Below, piece by piece: positions 10,437-22,542 of a stretch of 64,000 nucleotides of DNA. Every line of letters begins with the position of its first letter. The first letter of the stretch is position 1. A model generated the notes under the pieces. It did not search any database, had not been told where the DNA came from, and worked only from the letters and a program-made list of their open reading frames with translations. Location of the stretch: positions 384,001 to 448,000 of the forward strand of contig CAXXMU010000006.1 in NCBI GenBank assembly GCA_963667785.2, read 5' to 3'. The DNA comes from Alphaproteobacteria bacterium. GTDB lineage: Bacteria; Pseudomonadota; Alphaproteobacteria; UBA828. The position numbers and the translations under genes were made by a program.

Positions 10437-11401
10437 GCCTGGTCCTCCCCGCCGCCCTCGTTCGGCGGCCAGCGCCGATGGCGGCCGATCCGGCGAATCT
10501 CCCAGTCGAGCGAGAGGCCGGTCTTCTCCTCGACCCGGCGGCGGACCTCCTCGCCGAGCCCCTCGATATCGGAGGCGGTGGCACCGCCGGTGTTGACGAT
10601 GAAGTTGCAGTGCTGCTCGGAAATCTGGGCGCTTCCCCGGCTCAGGCCGCGGCAGCCGGCCTCGTCGATCAGCTCCCACGCCGAGTGACCCGCGGGGTTG
10701 GTGAAGGTGCTGCCACCGGTGCGCGCCCGGATCGGCTGGCTCGCCTCGCGCTCGGCGTTGATCGTCTCCATCTGCCCCGCGATCTGCGCCGGTTCCTCGC
10801 GTCGTCCGGCCAGCACCGCCGAAACGAAGATCCAGTCGCCCGGCACCGACGAGTGCCGGTAGGAAAGGCCCATCTCGTCCGGCCCGAGAACGTGCAGGGA
10901 GCCGGCGGCGTCCAGCGCCCGCGCCTCGACGACGACATCGCTCATCTCGCTTCCGTAGGCGCCCGCATTCATGCGGAGCGCGCCGCCGATGGTGCCGGGA
11001 ATGCCGCTGAGGAAGGCCAGTCCGCCTGCTCCCTGGTCGCGGCAATAGCGGGCGACGTTCATGTCCAGCGCGCCGGCCCCGACCTCGACCAGGGCCCGCT
11101 CGCCCTCCCAGCGCACGTTCATGTCGCGAAAGCCCTGCCGCAGGCGGACGACCACGCCCTCCACGCCACCGTCGCGCACCAGCAGGTTGGAGCCGAGGCC
11201 GACCACCGTTACCGGCAGGTCGGCAGGGCGTACGGCGAGGAAGTGCGCCAGGTCGTCGATGTCGGCCGGCCGGAACACCACGTCCGCGCGGCCGCCGGCG
11301 CGGAACCAGACGGTGCGGGACAGATCGACGTCGAACGCGTAGCGCCCGCGCACCGACGGCAGCCGGTCGAGCCAGTCGGCTACCCTTCCGTTCGCCATCA
11401 T
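10433..11401 (-). CDS. murB: UDP-N-acetylenolpyruvoylglucosamine reductase
   Basis: [38 protein letters not shown]. Confidence 0.96.
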   Translation of the reverse strand: MMANGRVADWLDRLPSVRGRYAFDVDLSRTVWFRAGGRADVVFRPADIDDLAHFLAVRPADLPVTVVGLGSNLLVRDGGVEGVVVRLRQGFRDMNVRWEGERALVEVGAGALDMNVARYCRDQGAGGLAFLSGIPGTIGGALRMNAGAYGSEMSDVVVEARALDAAGSLHVLGPDEMGLSYRHSSVPGDWIFVSAVLAGRREEPAQIAGQMETINAEREASQPIRARTGGSTFTNPAGHSAWELIDEAGCRGLSRGSAQISEQHCNFIVNTGGATASDIEGLGEEVRRRVEEKTGLSLDWEIRRIGRHRRWPPNEGGGEDQA

Positions 11402-12843
11402 GAGAGCGACCCCGCAGGGCTCATCGCCCTTCGGCCGTCCCTGAGCCCGTCCAGCGCATCGGGCAGCGCCCGTGCCCAGTGGGTGATGCTGCCGGCACCG
11501 AGACAGACGACGAGGTCGCCGGGATCCACGAGCGTATCGATCAGCGCCGGCAGCGCGTCGGGCGAGTCGAGCGGGAGCACGTGGCGGTGGCCGTGGCGCC
11601 ACAGGCCTTCCACCAGCGCCTCGCGGTCGATCCCGTCGATCGGCTCTTCGCCGGCGGCGTGGACGTCGGCGACCACGACCGTGTCGGCATCGTTGAAGCA
11701 GGTGCAGAACTCCTCGAACAGGTCGCGCAGGCGGGTGTAGCGATGGGGCTGCACGACCGCGACGATGCGTCGCTCGTAGGCGCTGCGCGCGGCGCTGAGG
11801 ACCGCGGCGATCTCGACCGGGTGGTGGCCGTAGTCGTCGATCACCGTGACCCCGCCGGCGACGCCGACCTTGGTGAAACGCCGCTCGACACCGCCGAAGC
11901 CGGCAAGCGCCCGCCGGATCACGCCGTCGGAAAGCCCCATCTCGCGGCCGATGGCGATGGCGGCCAGCGCGTTCTGCACATTGTGGGCGCCGAGCATCGG
12001 CAGCCGTACGCCCTCCATCGCGCCGCGCCGCTCGTGGACGTAGCCGGAGATGACGACGTCGAAGGTGGAGCCGAGCGAGTCGCCCGCGACGTTGACCGCG
12101 CGCACCTCGGCCTGGGGGCTCATGCCGTAGGTGACGACGCGCCGGTCCTCGATGCGTCCGATCAGGGCCTGCACCTCGGGGTGGTCGATGCAGAGCGCGG
12201 CAACGCCGTAGAAGGGGATGTTCTCGACGAAGGACCGGTAGGCCCACCGCACGGCCTCGAAGTCGCCGTAGAACTCCATGTGCTCGCGGTCGATGTTGGT
12301 GATGACGGCGGCGATCGCCGGCAGCTTGACGAAGCTGCCGTCGGATTCGTCGGCCTCAACGACCATCCACTCGCCGGCGCCGAGGCGCGCGTTGGTGCCG
12401 TAGGCGTTGATGATGCCGCCGTTGATGACGGTCGGGTCGAGCCCGGCGCCGTCGAGCAGGGCCGCGATGATGGAGGTCGTGGTCGTCTTGCCGTGGGTGC
12501 CCGCGACGGCCACCGACCATTTGAGCCGCATCAGCTCGGCCAGCATCTCGGCCCGACGGACCACGGGGATGTGGCGCTCGCGTGCGGTCACGACCTCGAC
12601 GTTGTCCTCGTCGATGGCCGACGAGACCACCAGCACCGCCACGTCATCCAGGGCCTCGGCGCCGTGACCCTGCGTGATGGAGATCCCGAGGGCGCGCAGC
12701 CGACGCACGGTCGCACTCTCTGCGATATCGCTGCCTTGGACGCGGTAGCCGAGGTTATGCATGATCTCGGCGATGCCGCTCATGCCGATCCCGCCGATCC
12801 CGACGAAATGGATCGTGCCGATGGAGAAGGGCAGCGCCTTCAT
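11398..12843 (-). CDS. murC: UDP-N-acetylmuramate--L-alanine ligase
   Basis: [33 protein letters not shown]. Confidence 0.97.
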   Translation of the reverse strand: MKALPFSIGTIHFVGIGGIGMSGIAEIMHNLGYRVQGSDIAESATVRRLRALGISITQGHGAEALDDVAVLVVSSAIDEDNVEVVTARERHIPVVRRAEMLAELMRLKWSVAVAGTHGKTTTTSIIAALLDGAGLDPTVINGGIINAYGTNARLGAGEWMVVEADESDGSFVKLPAIAAVITNIDREHMEFYGDFEAVRWAYRSFVENIPFYGVAALCIDHPEVQALIGRIEDRRVVTYGMSPQAEVRAVNVAGDSLGSTFDVVISGYVHERRGAMEGVRLPMLGAHNVQNALAAIAIGREMGLSDGVIRRALAGFGGVERRFTKVGVAGGVTVIDDYGHHPVEIAAVLSAARSAYERRIVAVVQPHRYTRLRDLFEEFCTCFNDADTVVVADVHAAGEEPIDGIDREALVEGLWRHGHRHVLPLDSPDALPALIDTLVDPGDLVVCLGAGSITHWARALPDALDGLRDGRRAMSPAGSLS

Positions 12844-13994
12844 GCCGTGCCCCCGGCGTTTTCGGGCAGGGGCGAGCCGGCATGGCCGGCACCGATCAGA
12901 CCCTCGACGAGGTCCGCCAGGGCGTGCGCGGAATCGGGCCGGGCGAGGCGCCGCGCCGCGGCCGCCTGCGCCGTCAGCTCCGAAGGATCGGCCATCAGCG
13001 CATCGAGCTCGCGCGCGAGCCGGTCCGGCGTGAACGCCTGCTGCTGGATCATGATCGCGGCGCCGGCCGCGACCAGGGCCCGCCCGTTGACGCTCTGGTG
13101 GTCGTCGGCCGCGATCGGCAGCGGCACCAGGAGCGCCGGCCTGGCGGCCGCGGCGAGCTCGGCGATGGTGGAGGCGCCGGCGCGGCAGATCACCAGATGC
13201 GCCTCGCCGAGCCGGGCCGGCATGTCGTCGAAGAAGGATTCGAGCCGGGCCGGCACCCCGGCCTCGGCATAGTGGCGCTCCACGTCCGCAAGATCCTCCG
13301 GACGACATTGCTGGCTCACCTCGATGCGCCGCCGCAGCGCGGGCGGCAGCGCCGCGAGGGCTGCCGGCACGACATCGGCGAAGACGCGGGCGCCCTGGCT
13401 CCCGCCGGTGACCAGCAGCCGGAACGGCCCGTCCGGCGCGGGCGGGTCGTAGCGGGTGCCGCGCAGGGCTGCGATGGCGGCCCGAACCGGGTTGCCGACG
13501 CAGGTGACACGGCCCGCACGGTCGCGGGGGATGCGTTCGGTCTCGGGGAACGACGTGGCGATTGCCGAGGCGCGCCGGGCGAGCAGCCGGTTGGCGCGGC
13601 CGAGCACCGCATTCTGCTCGTGCAGCACGCTGGGGATGCCGAGCCGCCCGCTCGCCACCAGCGGCGGCACCGACGGGTAGCCGCCGAAGCCGACGGCGGC
13701 AGCGGGCCGGATGCGGCGCAGGAGCCGCGCCGCCTGTACCACCGCGCAGACCAGCCCGAGCACGGCGAGCCCGCGCGCCACGGGGCCGCGCGCGCTGGGG
13801 CTGCGGACTGCGATGGCGTGTCTTTCGATGCGCCCGAGTACGTCGCCGAAGGCGGCGCCCCTCCGATCCGTCATGAGGACAAGACGACGGCCACGCGCCT
13901 CCAGCTCGGCCGCAAGGGCCTCTGCCGGGAACACGTGGCCGCCAGTTCCGCCTGCTGCGAGGAGAATGGGAGGGTTGAGCGCAGGCGTAGTCAC
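12840..13994 (-). CDS. murG: Undecaprenyl-PP-MurNAc-pentapeptide GlcNAc transferase
   Basis: [25 protein letters not shown]; GTG start overlaps the ftsW stop. Confidence 0.96.
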   Translation of the reverse strand: MTTPALNPPILLAAGGTGGHVFPAEALAAELEARGRRLVLMTDRRGAAFGDVLGRIERHAIAVRSPSARGPVARGLAVLGLVCAVVQAARLLRRIRPAAAVGFGGYPSVPPLVASGRLGIPSVLHEQNAVLGRANRLLARRASAIATSFPETERIPRDRAGRVTCVGNPVRAAIAALRGTRYDPPAPDGPFRLLVTGGSQGARVFADVVPAALAALPPALRRRIEVSQQCRPEDLADVERHYAEAGVPARLESFFDDMPARLGEAHLVICRAGASTIAELAAAARPALLVPLPIAADDHQSVNGRALVAAGAAIMIQQQAFTPDRLARELDALMADPSELTAQAAAARRLARPDSAHALADLVEGLIGAGHAGSPLPENAGGTA

Positions 13995-15127
13995 AATCCG
14001 TATCCTTCCGCGCTTCGCCGCTCGCGGGTCAGCGCGAGCACCATGCCGAGACCGACGGCGGTCGCCATCGTCGACGAGCCTCCGTAGCTCAGGAACGGAA
14101 GGGTCATTCCCTTGGCGGGCAGGAGCCTGATGGCGACTCCCATGTTGATCAGAGCCTGAAGGCCGAACTGGGCGAGCAGGCCGGAGACCGCGACCAGCAC
14201 GAACAGGTCGCCGCCGCGCATGATGCGGGCGAAGCCGCGGAACACGACGAAGCCGAACAGCCCGATGATGACGATGCAGGCGATGACGCCGAACTCCTCG
14301 CCGGCCACGGCGAAGATGAAGTCGGTGTGCGCATCGGGCAGCGAATTCTTGACCACGCCCTCGCCGGGGCCGCGGCCGAACAGTCCGCCCGCCTCGAAGG
14401 CGCGGAGCGAGGTGTCGACCTGATAGGTGTCGCTGGACGCGGGGTCGATGAACTGATCGATGCGGCTCTTGACGTGGGTCAGGTGGAGATAGGCGGCCAC
14501 GAGGCCTCCGGCCGTCGCCGCAGCCCCCAGCACGACCCAGATCAGCGGCATGCCGGCCACGAACATCTGCACGAACCAGACGGCGGCCACCGTCGTCGCC
14601 ATTCCGATGTCGGGCTGCAGGACGAGGAGCAGCGCGGCCAGCACTACGGGAGCCGAGGCCACGAGCTTGCCGTGGGGCAGTTGCCGGTCGCGCGGACGCG
14701 TGAGGATGACTGCCATGAACACGGCAAGGCAGGGCTTGACGAATTCCGACGGCTGCAGGAGGAAGTCGCCCAGCACCAGCCATCGGCGCGCGCCGTTCAG
14801 CTCCACGCCGACGACGAGCGTGAGCGCGAGCAGGGCGATGGCGACCACCGTGCCGGCGGTGCCGATCCTCTGCACGCCGGTGCGGGAGAGCAGCGAGACA
14901 CCGAGCATCACGACCAGCGCGAGCGGCAGGAAGAGCAACTGCTGCCGGGCGAAGTGGAAGGGATCGAGGCCGATCCGCTCGCCGGCTGCCGGGCTCGCAG
15001 CCAATGCCAGCGCGGCGCCGATCAGCATGAGCAGCATCACCGCCGTCAGCGTCCAGCGGTCGACGGTCCACCACCAGCGTCCGAGCAGGCTGGTGTCGGT
15101 GCGGGAGAAGGGGGTTACCGTGTGCAC
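13991..15127 (-). CDS. ftsW: SEDS peptidoglycan polymerase FtsW
   Basis: [37 protein letters not shown]. Confidence 0.96.
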   Translation of the reverse strand: MHTVTPFSRTDTSLLGRWWWTVDRWTLTAVMLLMLIGAALALAASPAAGERIGLDPFHFARQQLLFLPLALVVMLGVSLLSRTGVQRIGTAGTVVAIALLALTLVVGVELNGARRWLVLGDFLLQPSEFVKPCLAVFMAVILTRPRDRQLPHGKLVASAPVVLAALLLVLQPDIGMATTVAAVWFVQMFVAGMPLIWVVLGAAATAGGLVAAYLHLTHVKSRIDQFIDPASSDTYQVDTSLRAFEAGGLFGRGPGEGVVKNSLPDAHTDFIFAVAGEEFGVIACIVIIGLFGFVVFRGFARIMRGGDLFVLVAVSGLLAQFGLQALINMGVAIRLLPAKGMTLPFLSYGGSSTMATAVGLGMVLALTRERRSAEGYGL

Positions 15128-16494
15128 GGCCGGCCCTCCTCCGCTCGGGAAGCGCGATCGGCGGGGATCAGCGCGCAGAACGCCTCGCCGCGCTGCTCGA
15201 AGTCGCTGAACTGGTCGAACGACGCGCAGGCCGGCGAGAACAGCACCACCGTGCCGTCCCTTCCGTTGCGACGGGCGGCGTCCAGCGCCGCCGTCACCGC
15301 GCGGTCGAGAGTGCCGCAGCGGGTCACCGGCAACCGGCCCTCGAGCGTCGCCGCGAAGCGGTCCTCCGCCTCGCCGATGAGGAAGGCGTGGGCGATACGC
15401 GGGAAGACGGGCGCCAGCGCGTCGATGCCGCCCTCCTTGGGTCGCCCTCCGGCGATCCAGTAGACAGTGTCGAAGCAGGCGATGGCGCGGGCGGCCGCCT
15501 CGGCGTTGGTCGCCTTGCTGTCGTTGATGACCGGGATTCCGTCGACGAAGCCGATCCGCTCCATGCGGTGTGGCAAGCCGGGGAAATCGAGCAGCGCACG
15601 CACCAGTGGTTCTGGCGCAAGGCCGCAGGCCCGTGCCGCCGCGTAGGCCGCAGCGGCGTTCTGCCAGTTGTGCCTGCCGGTCAGCGCCGCTGCCTGGGAG
15701 AGATCGCAGACCGGCTCGCCGTCTTCGTGCAGCACCCCGTCGGCGACGGAGACGCCCCGGGGCGAGCGGCCCGCGGCGGTCACCGGCACCACCCGCAGCC
15801 GGCGCCGCGTGCGGAGCGTGTCGTGGGCCTCCCGCGAAATCGGATCATCGACGCCGACGACCGCGGTGCCGAGACGGCCGGGGCGGAAGATCTGGCGCTT
15901 GGCGTCGACATAGGCCGTCATCGACCCATGCCGGTCGAGATGGTCGGGCGCCACGTTCAGCAGCACGGCGATGTCGAAGGTCGCCTCGATGGTGAGATCG
16001 AGCTGATAGGACGAGAGTTCGAGCACGAAGATCCCGTCGCCGATGATGGGTGCGAGATCGAGGGCGGGCGTTCCCAGGTTGCCGCCCACGCGGACATGGC
16101 GGACGCCGGCACCCCGCAGCAGGTGGCCGATGAGGGCGGTGGTCGTCGACTTCCCGTTGGTGCCGGTGACGGCGATGTAGCGAGGCTCCGGCAGGGTGCG
16201 CCAGAGGAGCTCGATGTCGCCGACCACCTCGAGGCCGCTGTCGTGGGCGGCCTTCACCATGGGGTGTGAGAGCGGAATGCCGGGGCTCGGCACCAGGGCG
16301 GCGACCCCGTCGCGCGCAGCCCAGCGGCGCACCTCGAGGCCGCTCTCGCGCGCCCTCTCGCGCGCGGCCGGCAGATCGTCCCAGCAGAGCGGACGAGAGC
16401 CGCCGGCATCGAGAGCCCGCGCCGCGGCAAGGCCCGAGCGCGCGAGCCCGAGCACGGCCACCGGCCGGTCTCTGTAGAGGGGGACCGGGATCAC
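15115..16494 (-). CDS. murD: UDP-MurNAc-L-Ala--D-glutamate ligase
   Basis: GLARSG, TGTNGKSTT, ELSSYQL, NDSKATN, SPACASFDQF. Confidence 0.96.
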   Translation of the reverse strand: MIPVPLYRDRPVAVLGLARSGLAAARALDAGGSRPLCWDDLPAARERARESGLEVRRWAARDGVAALVPSPGIPLSHPMVKAAHDSGLEVVGDIELLWRTLPEPRYIAVTGTNGKSTTTALIGHLLRGAGVRHVRVGGNLGTPALDLAPIIGDGIFVLELSSYQLDLTIEATFDIAVLLNVAPDHLDRHGSMTAYVDAKRQIFRPGRLGTAVVGVDDPISREAHDTLRTRRRLRVVPVTAAGRSPRGVSVADGVLHEDGEPVCDLSQAAALTGRHNWQNAAAAYAAARACGLAPEPLVRALLDFPGLPHRMERIGFVDGIPVINDSKATNAEAAARAIACFDTVYWIAGGRPKEGGIDALAPVFPRIAHAFLIGEAEDRFAATLEGRLPVTRCGTLDRAVTAALDAARRNGRDGTVVLFSPACASFDQFSDFEQRGEAFCALIPADRASRAEEGRPCTR

Positions 16495-16498
16495 GGGC

Positions 16499-17584
16499 TC
16501 ACCTCAGCTTGAGCGTCGAGAGCCCGATCAGGGCGAGGATCACGGCGACCACCCAGAAGCGGATGACGATGGTCGGCTCCGCGACCCCCTTCTTCTCGAA
16601 ATGGTGGTGGAGCGGCGCCATGGCGAAGACCCGCCGCCCCAGGAGCTTGAACGAGGCAACCTGCATGATCACCGAGACCGCCTCGAGCACGAAGAGACCG
16701 CCGACGATGGCAAGCACGATCTCGTGCTTGGTCATCACGGCGATGAGGCCCAGCGCCGCGCCGGTGGAGAGCGAGCCGGTATCGCCCATGAAGACCATCG
16801 CCGGCGGCGCGTTGAACCAGAGGAAGCCGAGCCCGGCGCCGACCAGAGCACCGCAGAACACCGCCAACTCGCCCGAGCCGGGCACGTGATGGACCTGGAG
16901 ATACTCGGTGAACACGCTGTTGCCGACGACGTAGGCGATCAGCGCGAAGCAGGCGGCGGCAATCATGATCGGCACGATGGCGAGGCCGTCGAGACCGTCG
17001 GTCAGGTTGACCGCATTGGACGAGCCGATGACGACGAAGGCGGCGAACGGCACCGAGAACCAGCCAATGTCGACCAGCAGCGACTTCACGAACGGCAGTG
17101 CGAGGCCGTGATCGAGCGGCGCGTCCAGGATCATCGTGACCCAGAAGACGACTCCCACCGCCAGCGCCAGCTCGGCAGCGACCTTGATGCGGATGTCGAG
17201 GCCGCGATGGCTGCGGTTCAGGAGCTTGAGAGCGTCGTCCGCAAAGCCGATGGCGCCGAAGCCGATCGTGGCCACCAGCAGCACCCAGACGAGCGCATTG
17301 GTCATGTCGGCCCAGAGCAGCGTGGCCACGGTGACGGCGAGCAGGATCAGCACGCCGCCCATGGTCGGCGTGCCCTGCTTGGCCGCATGACTCTCCGGGC
17401 CGTCGCTGCGAATCGGCTGGCCGTGCGCCTGACGCGCCCGCAGCATGCGAATGAGGCCGGGACCCAGGGCGAAGCTGATGAGCAGCCCCGTGAGCACCGC
17501 CGCGCCGGTGCGGAACGTCAGATACTGGAAGACGTTGAAGGCGCCGATGGAATCCGAGAGCGGATAGAGGAGGTTGTAGACCAT
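16499..17584 (-). CDS. mraY: Phospho-MurNAc-pentapeptide transferase
   Basis: [36 protein letters not shown]. Confidence 0.97.
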   Translation of the reverse strand: MVYNLLYPLSDSIGAFNVFQYLTFRTGAAVLTGLLISFALGPGLIRMLRARQAHGQPIRSDGPESHAAKQGTPTMGGVLILLAVTVATLLWADMTNALVWVLLVATIGFGAIGFADDALKLLNRSHRGLDIRIKVAAELALAVGVVFWVTMILDAPLDHGLALPFVKSLLVDIGWFSVPFAAFVVIGSSNAVNLTDGLDGLAIVPIMIAAACFALIAYVVGNSVFTEYLQVHHVPGSGELAVFCGALVGAGLGFLWFNAPPAMVFMGDTGSLSTGAALGLIAVMTKHEIVLAIVGGLFVLEAVSVIMQVASFKLLGRRVFAMAPLHHHFEKKGVAEPTIVIRFWVVAVILALIGLSTLKLR

Positions 17585-17605
17585 GGCGCCCCTCGCTCAC
17601 CCCGC

Positions 17606-19036
17606 TCATGGCCGGTTGGCCGGCGCCGCGCCGGCCGCGAGGCGCCGCACGATCTGGCCCATGCGACTCCCGAGCGAACCTTTGACGAGAACCACGTCGC
17701 CGGCGCGGATCTCGGCACGGACGATATCGGCCAGACTTTCCGAATCCGGCGTATGCGCCCCGCGCCGGGCGGGCTCCAGGGTGCCGTGCAGGTGGGCCAT
17801 CAGGGGACCCGCGGTGAAGACGAGGTCGATCCCGGCCGCGTCGATGTCGCCGGCGAGCTCGGCATGCCAGCGGGCCGCCGCCTCGCCGAGCTCCAGCATG
17901 TCGCCGAGCACGGCAATACGCCGCCCGCCCGGCGCGGGCGGTGCAGTCTCCGCCAGCGTGGCGATCGCAGCGCGGACCGCCGCCGGGCTCGCGTTGTAGC
18001 TCTCGTCGATGAGCTCGAAGAGACCGCCTGCGACGGGGATCCGGTGGCGCACCCCGCGGCCCGGCACGGGCGCGACCGTGCGGAGCGCACGGGCCGCACG
18101 TTCGAGCGGCGCGCCGGCGGCCCGCGCGGCGGCCAGCACGGCCACGCTGTTCAGCGCCCAGTGCCGGCCGGCGAACGCGATCTCGTAGTCGAGCGCGGTG
18201 CCCTCGATCGCGGCGGTGACGGTGCCGCCGGCAGCGGCCGGCCGCCAGGCGAGGAGGCGCGCCTCGGCCCCCTCGGCCTCGCCGAACGAGACGATGCGGC
18301 TCACGCCGGCCGCGCGCGCGGCAGCGGCCAGGCGGTCGAAATAGGCGTTGTCGCGGTTCAGGATCGCGGTGCCGCCCGGCTCGATACCCTGGAAGATTTC
18401 CGCCTTCGCATCGGCCACGGCATCGAGGCCGGAGAACGCCTCGGTATGAGCCGGCGCGATCGTTGTGATCAGCGCGGTGTACGGGCGGATCAGGCGCGAC
18501 AGCGGGGCGATCTCGCCGGGATGGTTCATCCCGGCCTCGAACACGCCGAAACGCGCCCCCTGCGGCAGGCGGGCGAGGCTGAGGGGAACGCCGATATGGT
18601 TGTTGAGGTTACCCGCGCTCGCGTGCGTGGGGCCGCAGCGCCTTAGCGCGCCGGCGAGCAGCTCCTTGGTCCCCGTCTTGCCGACGCTGCCGGTGATCGC
18701 CACGACGTGGGCGGCACTCCGCTCGCGCGCCTGAGCCGCGAGCGTACGCAGGCCCTCGAAGGTATCGACGACCAGCAGCAGCGGCGCGCCGGCGACGCCC
18801 GTTCCGGGCCGGCGGCTCACCATCGCCGCCGCCGCCTCCCGCTCGAACGCCGCCTGCACGAAGTCATGGCCGTCATGGTTGGGGCCGGCGAGCGCGACGA
18901 AGAGATCGCCCGCCTCGACGCTGCGACTGTCGATGGAGACGCCAGTGGCGCTCCAGGGCTCGGGCGCGTTGCCGCCGGTGGCGGCGGCGGCCTCCGCCGA
19001 GGTCCAGAGCGGGATCACGTTCGACGTCTCGCTCAT
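17606..19036 (-). CDS. murF: UDP-MurNAc-tripeptide--D-Ala-D-Ala ligase
   Basis: ITGSVGKTGTKE, NNHIGVP, DESYNASP, LGDMLELG, VKGS. Confidence 0.96.
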   Translation of the reverse strand: MSETSNVIPLWTSAEAAAATGGNAPEPWSATGVSIDSRSVEAGDLFVALAGPNHDGHDFVQAAFEREAAAAMVSRRPGTGVAGAPLLLVVDTFEGLRTLAAQARERSAAHVVAITGSVGKTGTKELLAGALRRCGPTHASAGNLNNHIGVPLSLARLPQGARFGVFEAGMNHPGEIAPLSRLIRPYTALITTIAPAHTEAFSGLDAVADAKAEIFQGIEPGGTAILNRDNAYFDRLAAAARAAGVSRIVSFGEAEGAEARLLAWRPAAAGGTVTAAIEGTALDYEIAFAGRHWALNSVAVLAAARAAGAPLERAARALRTVAPVPGRGVRHRIPVAGGLFELIDESYNASPAAVRAAIATLAETAPPAPGGRRIAVLGDMLELGEAAARWHAELAGDIDAAGIDLVFTAGPLMAHLHGTLEPARRGAHTPDSESLADIVRAEIRAGDVVLVKGSLGSRMGQIVRRLAAGAAPANRP

Positions 19037-20487
19037 GCCGCCCGTCCGTTGGCGAGGCCGGCCACGGCACACCGCGCCGTCGCCACGTCGTCGAAGGCGA
19101 TGACGCGCCCGCCCACGACCTGCTCCTGTTCGTGGCCCTTGCCGGCGATGAGGAGGCCATCGCCCGTGCCCAGCCCGTCGATGGCGGCCCGGATGGCCTC
19201 GCCGCGATCGCCGATTTCCGCCGCACCGGGGCAGGCATCGAGGATCGCCCGCCTGATGGCCGCCGGCTCCTCGCCGCGGGGATTGTCGTCGGTGACGACG
19301 ATGCGGTCGGCGAAACGTGCCGCGATCGCGCCCATCTCACCCCGCTTGCCGACATCCCGCTCGCCGCCGCAGCCGAAGACGAGAACCAGCGTCCCCGGCA
19401 CCAGCGGGCGAAGGGACTCGAGCGCCGTGGCCAGCGCATCCGGCGTGTGCGCGTAGTCGACGAAGATGGCGGCGCCGGCCGGATGGCCCGGAACCTGCTG
19501 CAGCCTGCCAGGCACGCCGGCGAGAGCGCCGAGCGCGCCGAGCGCGGCTTCGGTCTCCACCCCCGTCGCCAGCGCGAGGCCGAGAGCGGCGAGCGCGTTC
19601 ACGGCCTGGAAGGCGCCGGGAAGCGGCAGGGCCACCTCGTGCACCGCGTCGGCGACGGCGAGCGTGAGCGCCTGGCCCGCGCCGGTATCGCGACGCTCCA
19701 GCAGTCGCAGGTCGGCGCGCGCCGTGCCGAATGTGAGCACCCGCTGGCCCCGCGCGCGGCAGCGCGCGGCGAGCGGCGCCACGCGCTCGTCGTCGGCGTT
19801 GAGCACCGCGGTGCCGTCTGCCGCCAGAACCCGCTCGAAGAGACCTGCCTTGGCCGCGAAGTAGGCCTCGCCATCGGCGTGGTAGTCCATGTGATCGCGG
19901 GTGATGTTCGTGAACGCCGCGGCGACCACGCGGACGCCGTCGAGCCGGTACTGCGCGAGCCCATGGCTCGACGCCTCCAGCGCGACATGATCGACGCCGT
20001 CGGCGGCGAGCTCGGCGAGAACGCGATGCAGCGTGACCGGGTCGGGCGTGGTGTGCCGGAGCGGCGTGCGCCCGCCGTCCGCGCACGTGCCGAGGGTGCC
20101 GAGCGCCGCCGCCTTGCGGCCCGAGGCGCGCCAGATCTGGCGGGTGAAGTCGGCGACCGAGGTCTTGCCGTTGGTGCCGGTGACGCAGGCCACGACCGCC
20201 GGCTGGGCGCCGTAGAAGCGCGCCGCCATGAGCGCGAGCCGGCGCCGGGGATTGGGGTCGGTCACGAGCCTCACGCCGGGAGCGAGCGACGGGTCGGTGC
20301 CTTCCGGCGCGAGGACCGCGGCCGCGCCCCGCGCCGCGGCATCGGGGATGAAGTCGGCGCCGCGGGCACGGGTGCCGGCCAGCGCCGCGAACAGGTAGCC
20401 GGGCCTCACCTCGCGCGAATCGGAGGCGAGTCCCGTGATTTCCACGTCGTCCGCCGCCGGCCGGGGGATCAGCTCAGAGAGCAACAT
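19033..20487 (-). CDS. murE: UDP-MurNAc-dipeptide--meso-DAP ligase
   Basis: TGTNGKTS, EASSHG, DYAHTPD, DNPR (DAP-type), AGKGHE. Confidence 0.96.
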   Translation of the reverse strand: MLLSELIPRPAADDVEITGLASDSREVRPGYLFAALAGTRARGADFIPDAAARGAAAVLAPEGTDPSLAPGVRLVTDPNPRRRLALMAARFYGAQPAVVACVTGTNGKTSVADFTRQIWRASGRKAAALGTLGTCADGGRTPLRHTTPDPVTLHRVLAELAADGVDHVALEASSHGLAQYRLDGVRVVAAAFTNITRDHMDYHADGEAYFAAKAGLFERVLAADGTAVLNADDERVAPLAARCRARGQRVLTFGTARADLRLLERRDTGAGQALTLAVADAVHEVALPLPGAFQAVNALAALGLALATGVETEAALGALGALAGVPGRLQQVPGHPAGAAIFVDYAHTPDALATALESLRPLVPGTLVLVFGCGGERDVGKRGEMGAIAARFADRIVVTDDNPRGEEPAAIRRAILDACPGAAEIGDRGEAIRAAIDGLGTGDGLLIAGKGHEQEQVVGGRVIAFDDVATARCAVAGLANGRAA

Positions 20488-22228
20488 GCTGCCCTCCGTC
20501 TGCGCCCTTGCGGCGCTCCGCGAACGGAGGTTCCTCTTCGCTCTCGCCTGCATCGACCGATGCCGGCACGCCGAGGAAGGGGGCGATCCGCTCGATCACC
20601 GCGCCGGCCACGGGAGCCGCCGTCCAGCCTGCCGTCGCGAAGCCGAAGGTCTCCTCGGTTCCCTTGGGCTCGTCGAGCAGCGTCAGCACCGCGTAGCGGG
20701 GCTCGTCGATGGGAAAGACGCCGACGAAGCTCGTGATCATGCTGTCGCGCTTGTAGCGGCCGCCGATGGCCTTTTCGGCGGTGCCGGTCTTGCCGCCCAC
20801 CAGGTAGCCGGGCACGGCCGCCTTCCTTCCCGTGCCCTCGGCAACCACCGCATAGAGGAGCATCCGCATGACGGCGGAGGTCTCGGCGCCGATGACCCGC
20901 CGCTGCTCGATATGCACGCCGGTCTCGCGCCGCAGCAGTGTGGGGGTGACGGCGATCCCGCCGTTGACGAGCGCCGCGTAGCCCGCGATCAGGTGCAGCG
21001 GTGTCACCGCGATGCCGTGGCCGAAGCCGATCGTCATCGTGCTGTGGGTCGACCAGCGCCGCGGCGCGATCGGCCGGCCTCGTTCCGAGGATTCCAGCGG
21101 CATCCGCGCGAGCATGCCGAGCGCCTCGAGAAAGCTTCGCTGACGCTCGCCGCCAACATGGACCGCCATCCGCGCGGCGCCGATGTTCGACGAGTGGATG
21201 AGAATCTCGGGCACCGTCAGCCAGCGGTTCTCCGGATGGTGGTCGCGGATGAGATGGCGCGAGACCCTGATCGGCTCGGTGGCGTCGTAGCTGTCTTCCA
21301 GCGCGGCCACGCCGAGGTCGAGAGCCATGGCGATGGTGAAGGGCTTGAAGGTGGAGCCGAGCTCGTAGGTGCCGAGGGTGGCGCGGTTGAAGCGGGCGTT
21401 CGTTGCGCTCCGGTCCGGCGCCTTGGGGTCGAATGACGGGAGGCTCACCAGAGCGAGCAGCTCGCCGCTCGTCACGTCCATCACCAGGCCGGCGGCGCCG
21501 ACTGCCCGATGGGTCGTCATGGCGTCGTCGAGCGCCTCGGCGAGCGCATGCTGGATCCGAATGTCGAGCGAGAGCGCGAGCGGGCCGTCCTGCTCCTCCG
21601 CTCGCCGGCGCAGCTCGTCGCCGGCCGCCTGCTCGATACCGGCCAGCCCCCGGTTGTCCACGTCGGTGAAGCCGACGGCGTGGGCGAAGAGGCGCCCCTG
21701 GGGATAGACCCGCTGGTCCTGCCGCTCCAGCCAGAGACCCGGCATGCCGAGCCGGTTGATGGCGTGGGCCTGCTCGGGCGTGAGGTCGTGCCTGAGCAGG
21801 GCGGTCGTCCTGCCGGAGTCGAGGAGGGCGGCGGTGCGGTCGAGGTCCTGATCGGGAAACACGCTGCCGATCGCGGCGATGGCCGCCTCGCGATCGAAGA
21901 TCTTGCCGGGTTCGACGTAGAGCGCGTGGGTGGGCAGGTTGGAGGCCAGGAGGACGCCGTTGCGATCCACGATATCGGCCCGCGCGACCGGCTGAGGGGC
22001 TCCGCCCGCACCGGCGCCGACGGTACCGGCCGGCACGCCGATCACCGCCACGTCGAGGGTGCGTACCACCAGTGCGCCGAAGAAGAGGAGAAAGACCACC
22101 CCGGTGGTCAGCAGGCGCCCGCGCGCACGCTCCAGCCGCTGGACGCGCGCGGGCTCCCCACTCTCGCGAAGATGCGGGACCCCTGCGCCGTAGCGGCCCC
22201 ACCAGCGTCTCACCGCCAGGTCCCTCAC
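20474..22228 (-). CDS. ftsI: Division transpeptidase PBP3
   Basis: RADIVDRNG, STFK (SxxK), SSN, KTGT; GTG start overlaps the ftsL stop. Confidence 0.95.
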   Translation of the reverse strand: MRDLAVRRWWGRYGAGVPHLRESGEPARVQRLERARGRLLTTGVVFLLFFGALVVRTLDVAVIGVPAGTVGAGAGGAPQPVARADIVDRNGVLLASNLPTHALYVEPGKIFDREAAIAAIGSVFPDQDLDRTAALLDSGRTTALLRHDLTPEQAHAINRLGMPGLWLERQDQRVYPQGRLFAHAVGFTDVDNRGLAGIEQAAGDELRRRAEEQDGPLALSLDIRIQHALAEALDDAMTTHRAVGAAGLVMDVTSGELLALVSLPSFDPKAPDRSATNARFNRATLGTYELGSTFKPFTIAMALDLGVAALEDSYDATEPIRVSRHLIRDHHPENRWLTVPEILIHSSNIGAARMAVHVGGERQRSFLEALGMLARMPLESSERGRPIAPRRWSTHSTMTIGFGHGIAVTPLHLIAGYAALVNGGIAVTPTLLRRETGVHIEQRRVIGAETSAVMRMLLYAVVAEGTGRKAAVPGYLVGGKTGTAEKAIGGRYKRDSMITSFVGVFPIDEPRYAVLTLLDEPKGTEETFGFATAGWTAAPVAGAVIERIAPFLGVPASVDAGESEEEPPFAERRKGADGGQHVAL

Positions 22229-22542
22229 GGTCCGCGCTCCCCGCCGATCGGCGTCATCAGCGCCGGAAGACCGGCCGCCCGTTGCGGCAGCCAGCGAATC
22301 TGCGCGGCCTGCACCGGCTCGAGAGGGAGGTGGCGCGCGGCCAGGGTGGCGAGACGGGAGGGGCGCGTGAGGTAGCTCCACTCGGAGCGGAGCACCCGGA
22401 TCGCCTCGACATGGCGCTGGCGGTCGAGCTCGAGAAGCGCGAGCTCGCGCTCGAGCCCCCTCACCTCGTGCTTGACGAGGAAGAGCGCCAGCATCGCGAG
22501 CACGAATGCCGCTATCGATATGACGACCAGGGGCCGCATCAT
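22225..22542 (-). CDS. ftsL: Cell division protein FtsL (alphaproteobacterial type)
   Basis: N-terminal TM, coiled coil, LRSEWSYLTRPSRL; lies between rsmH and ftsI. Confidence 0.88.
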   Translation of the reverse strand: MMRPLVVISIAAFVLAMLALFLVKHEVRGLERELALLELDRQRHVEAIRVLRSEWSYLTRPSRLATLAARHLPLEPVQAAQIRWLPQRAAGLPALMTPIGGERGP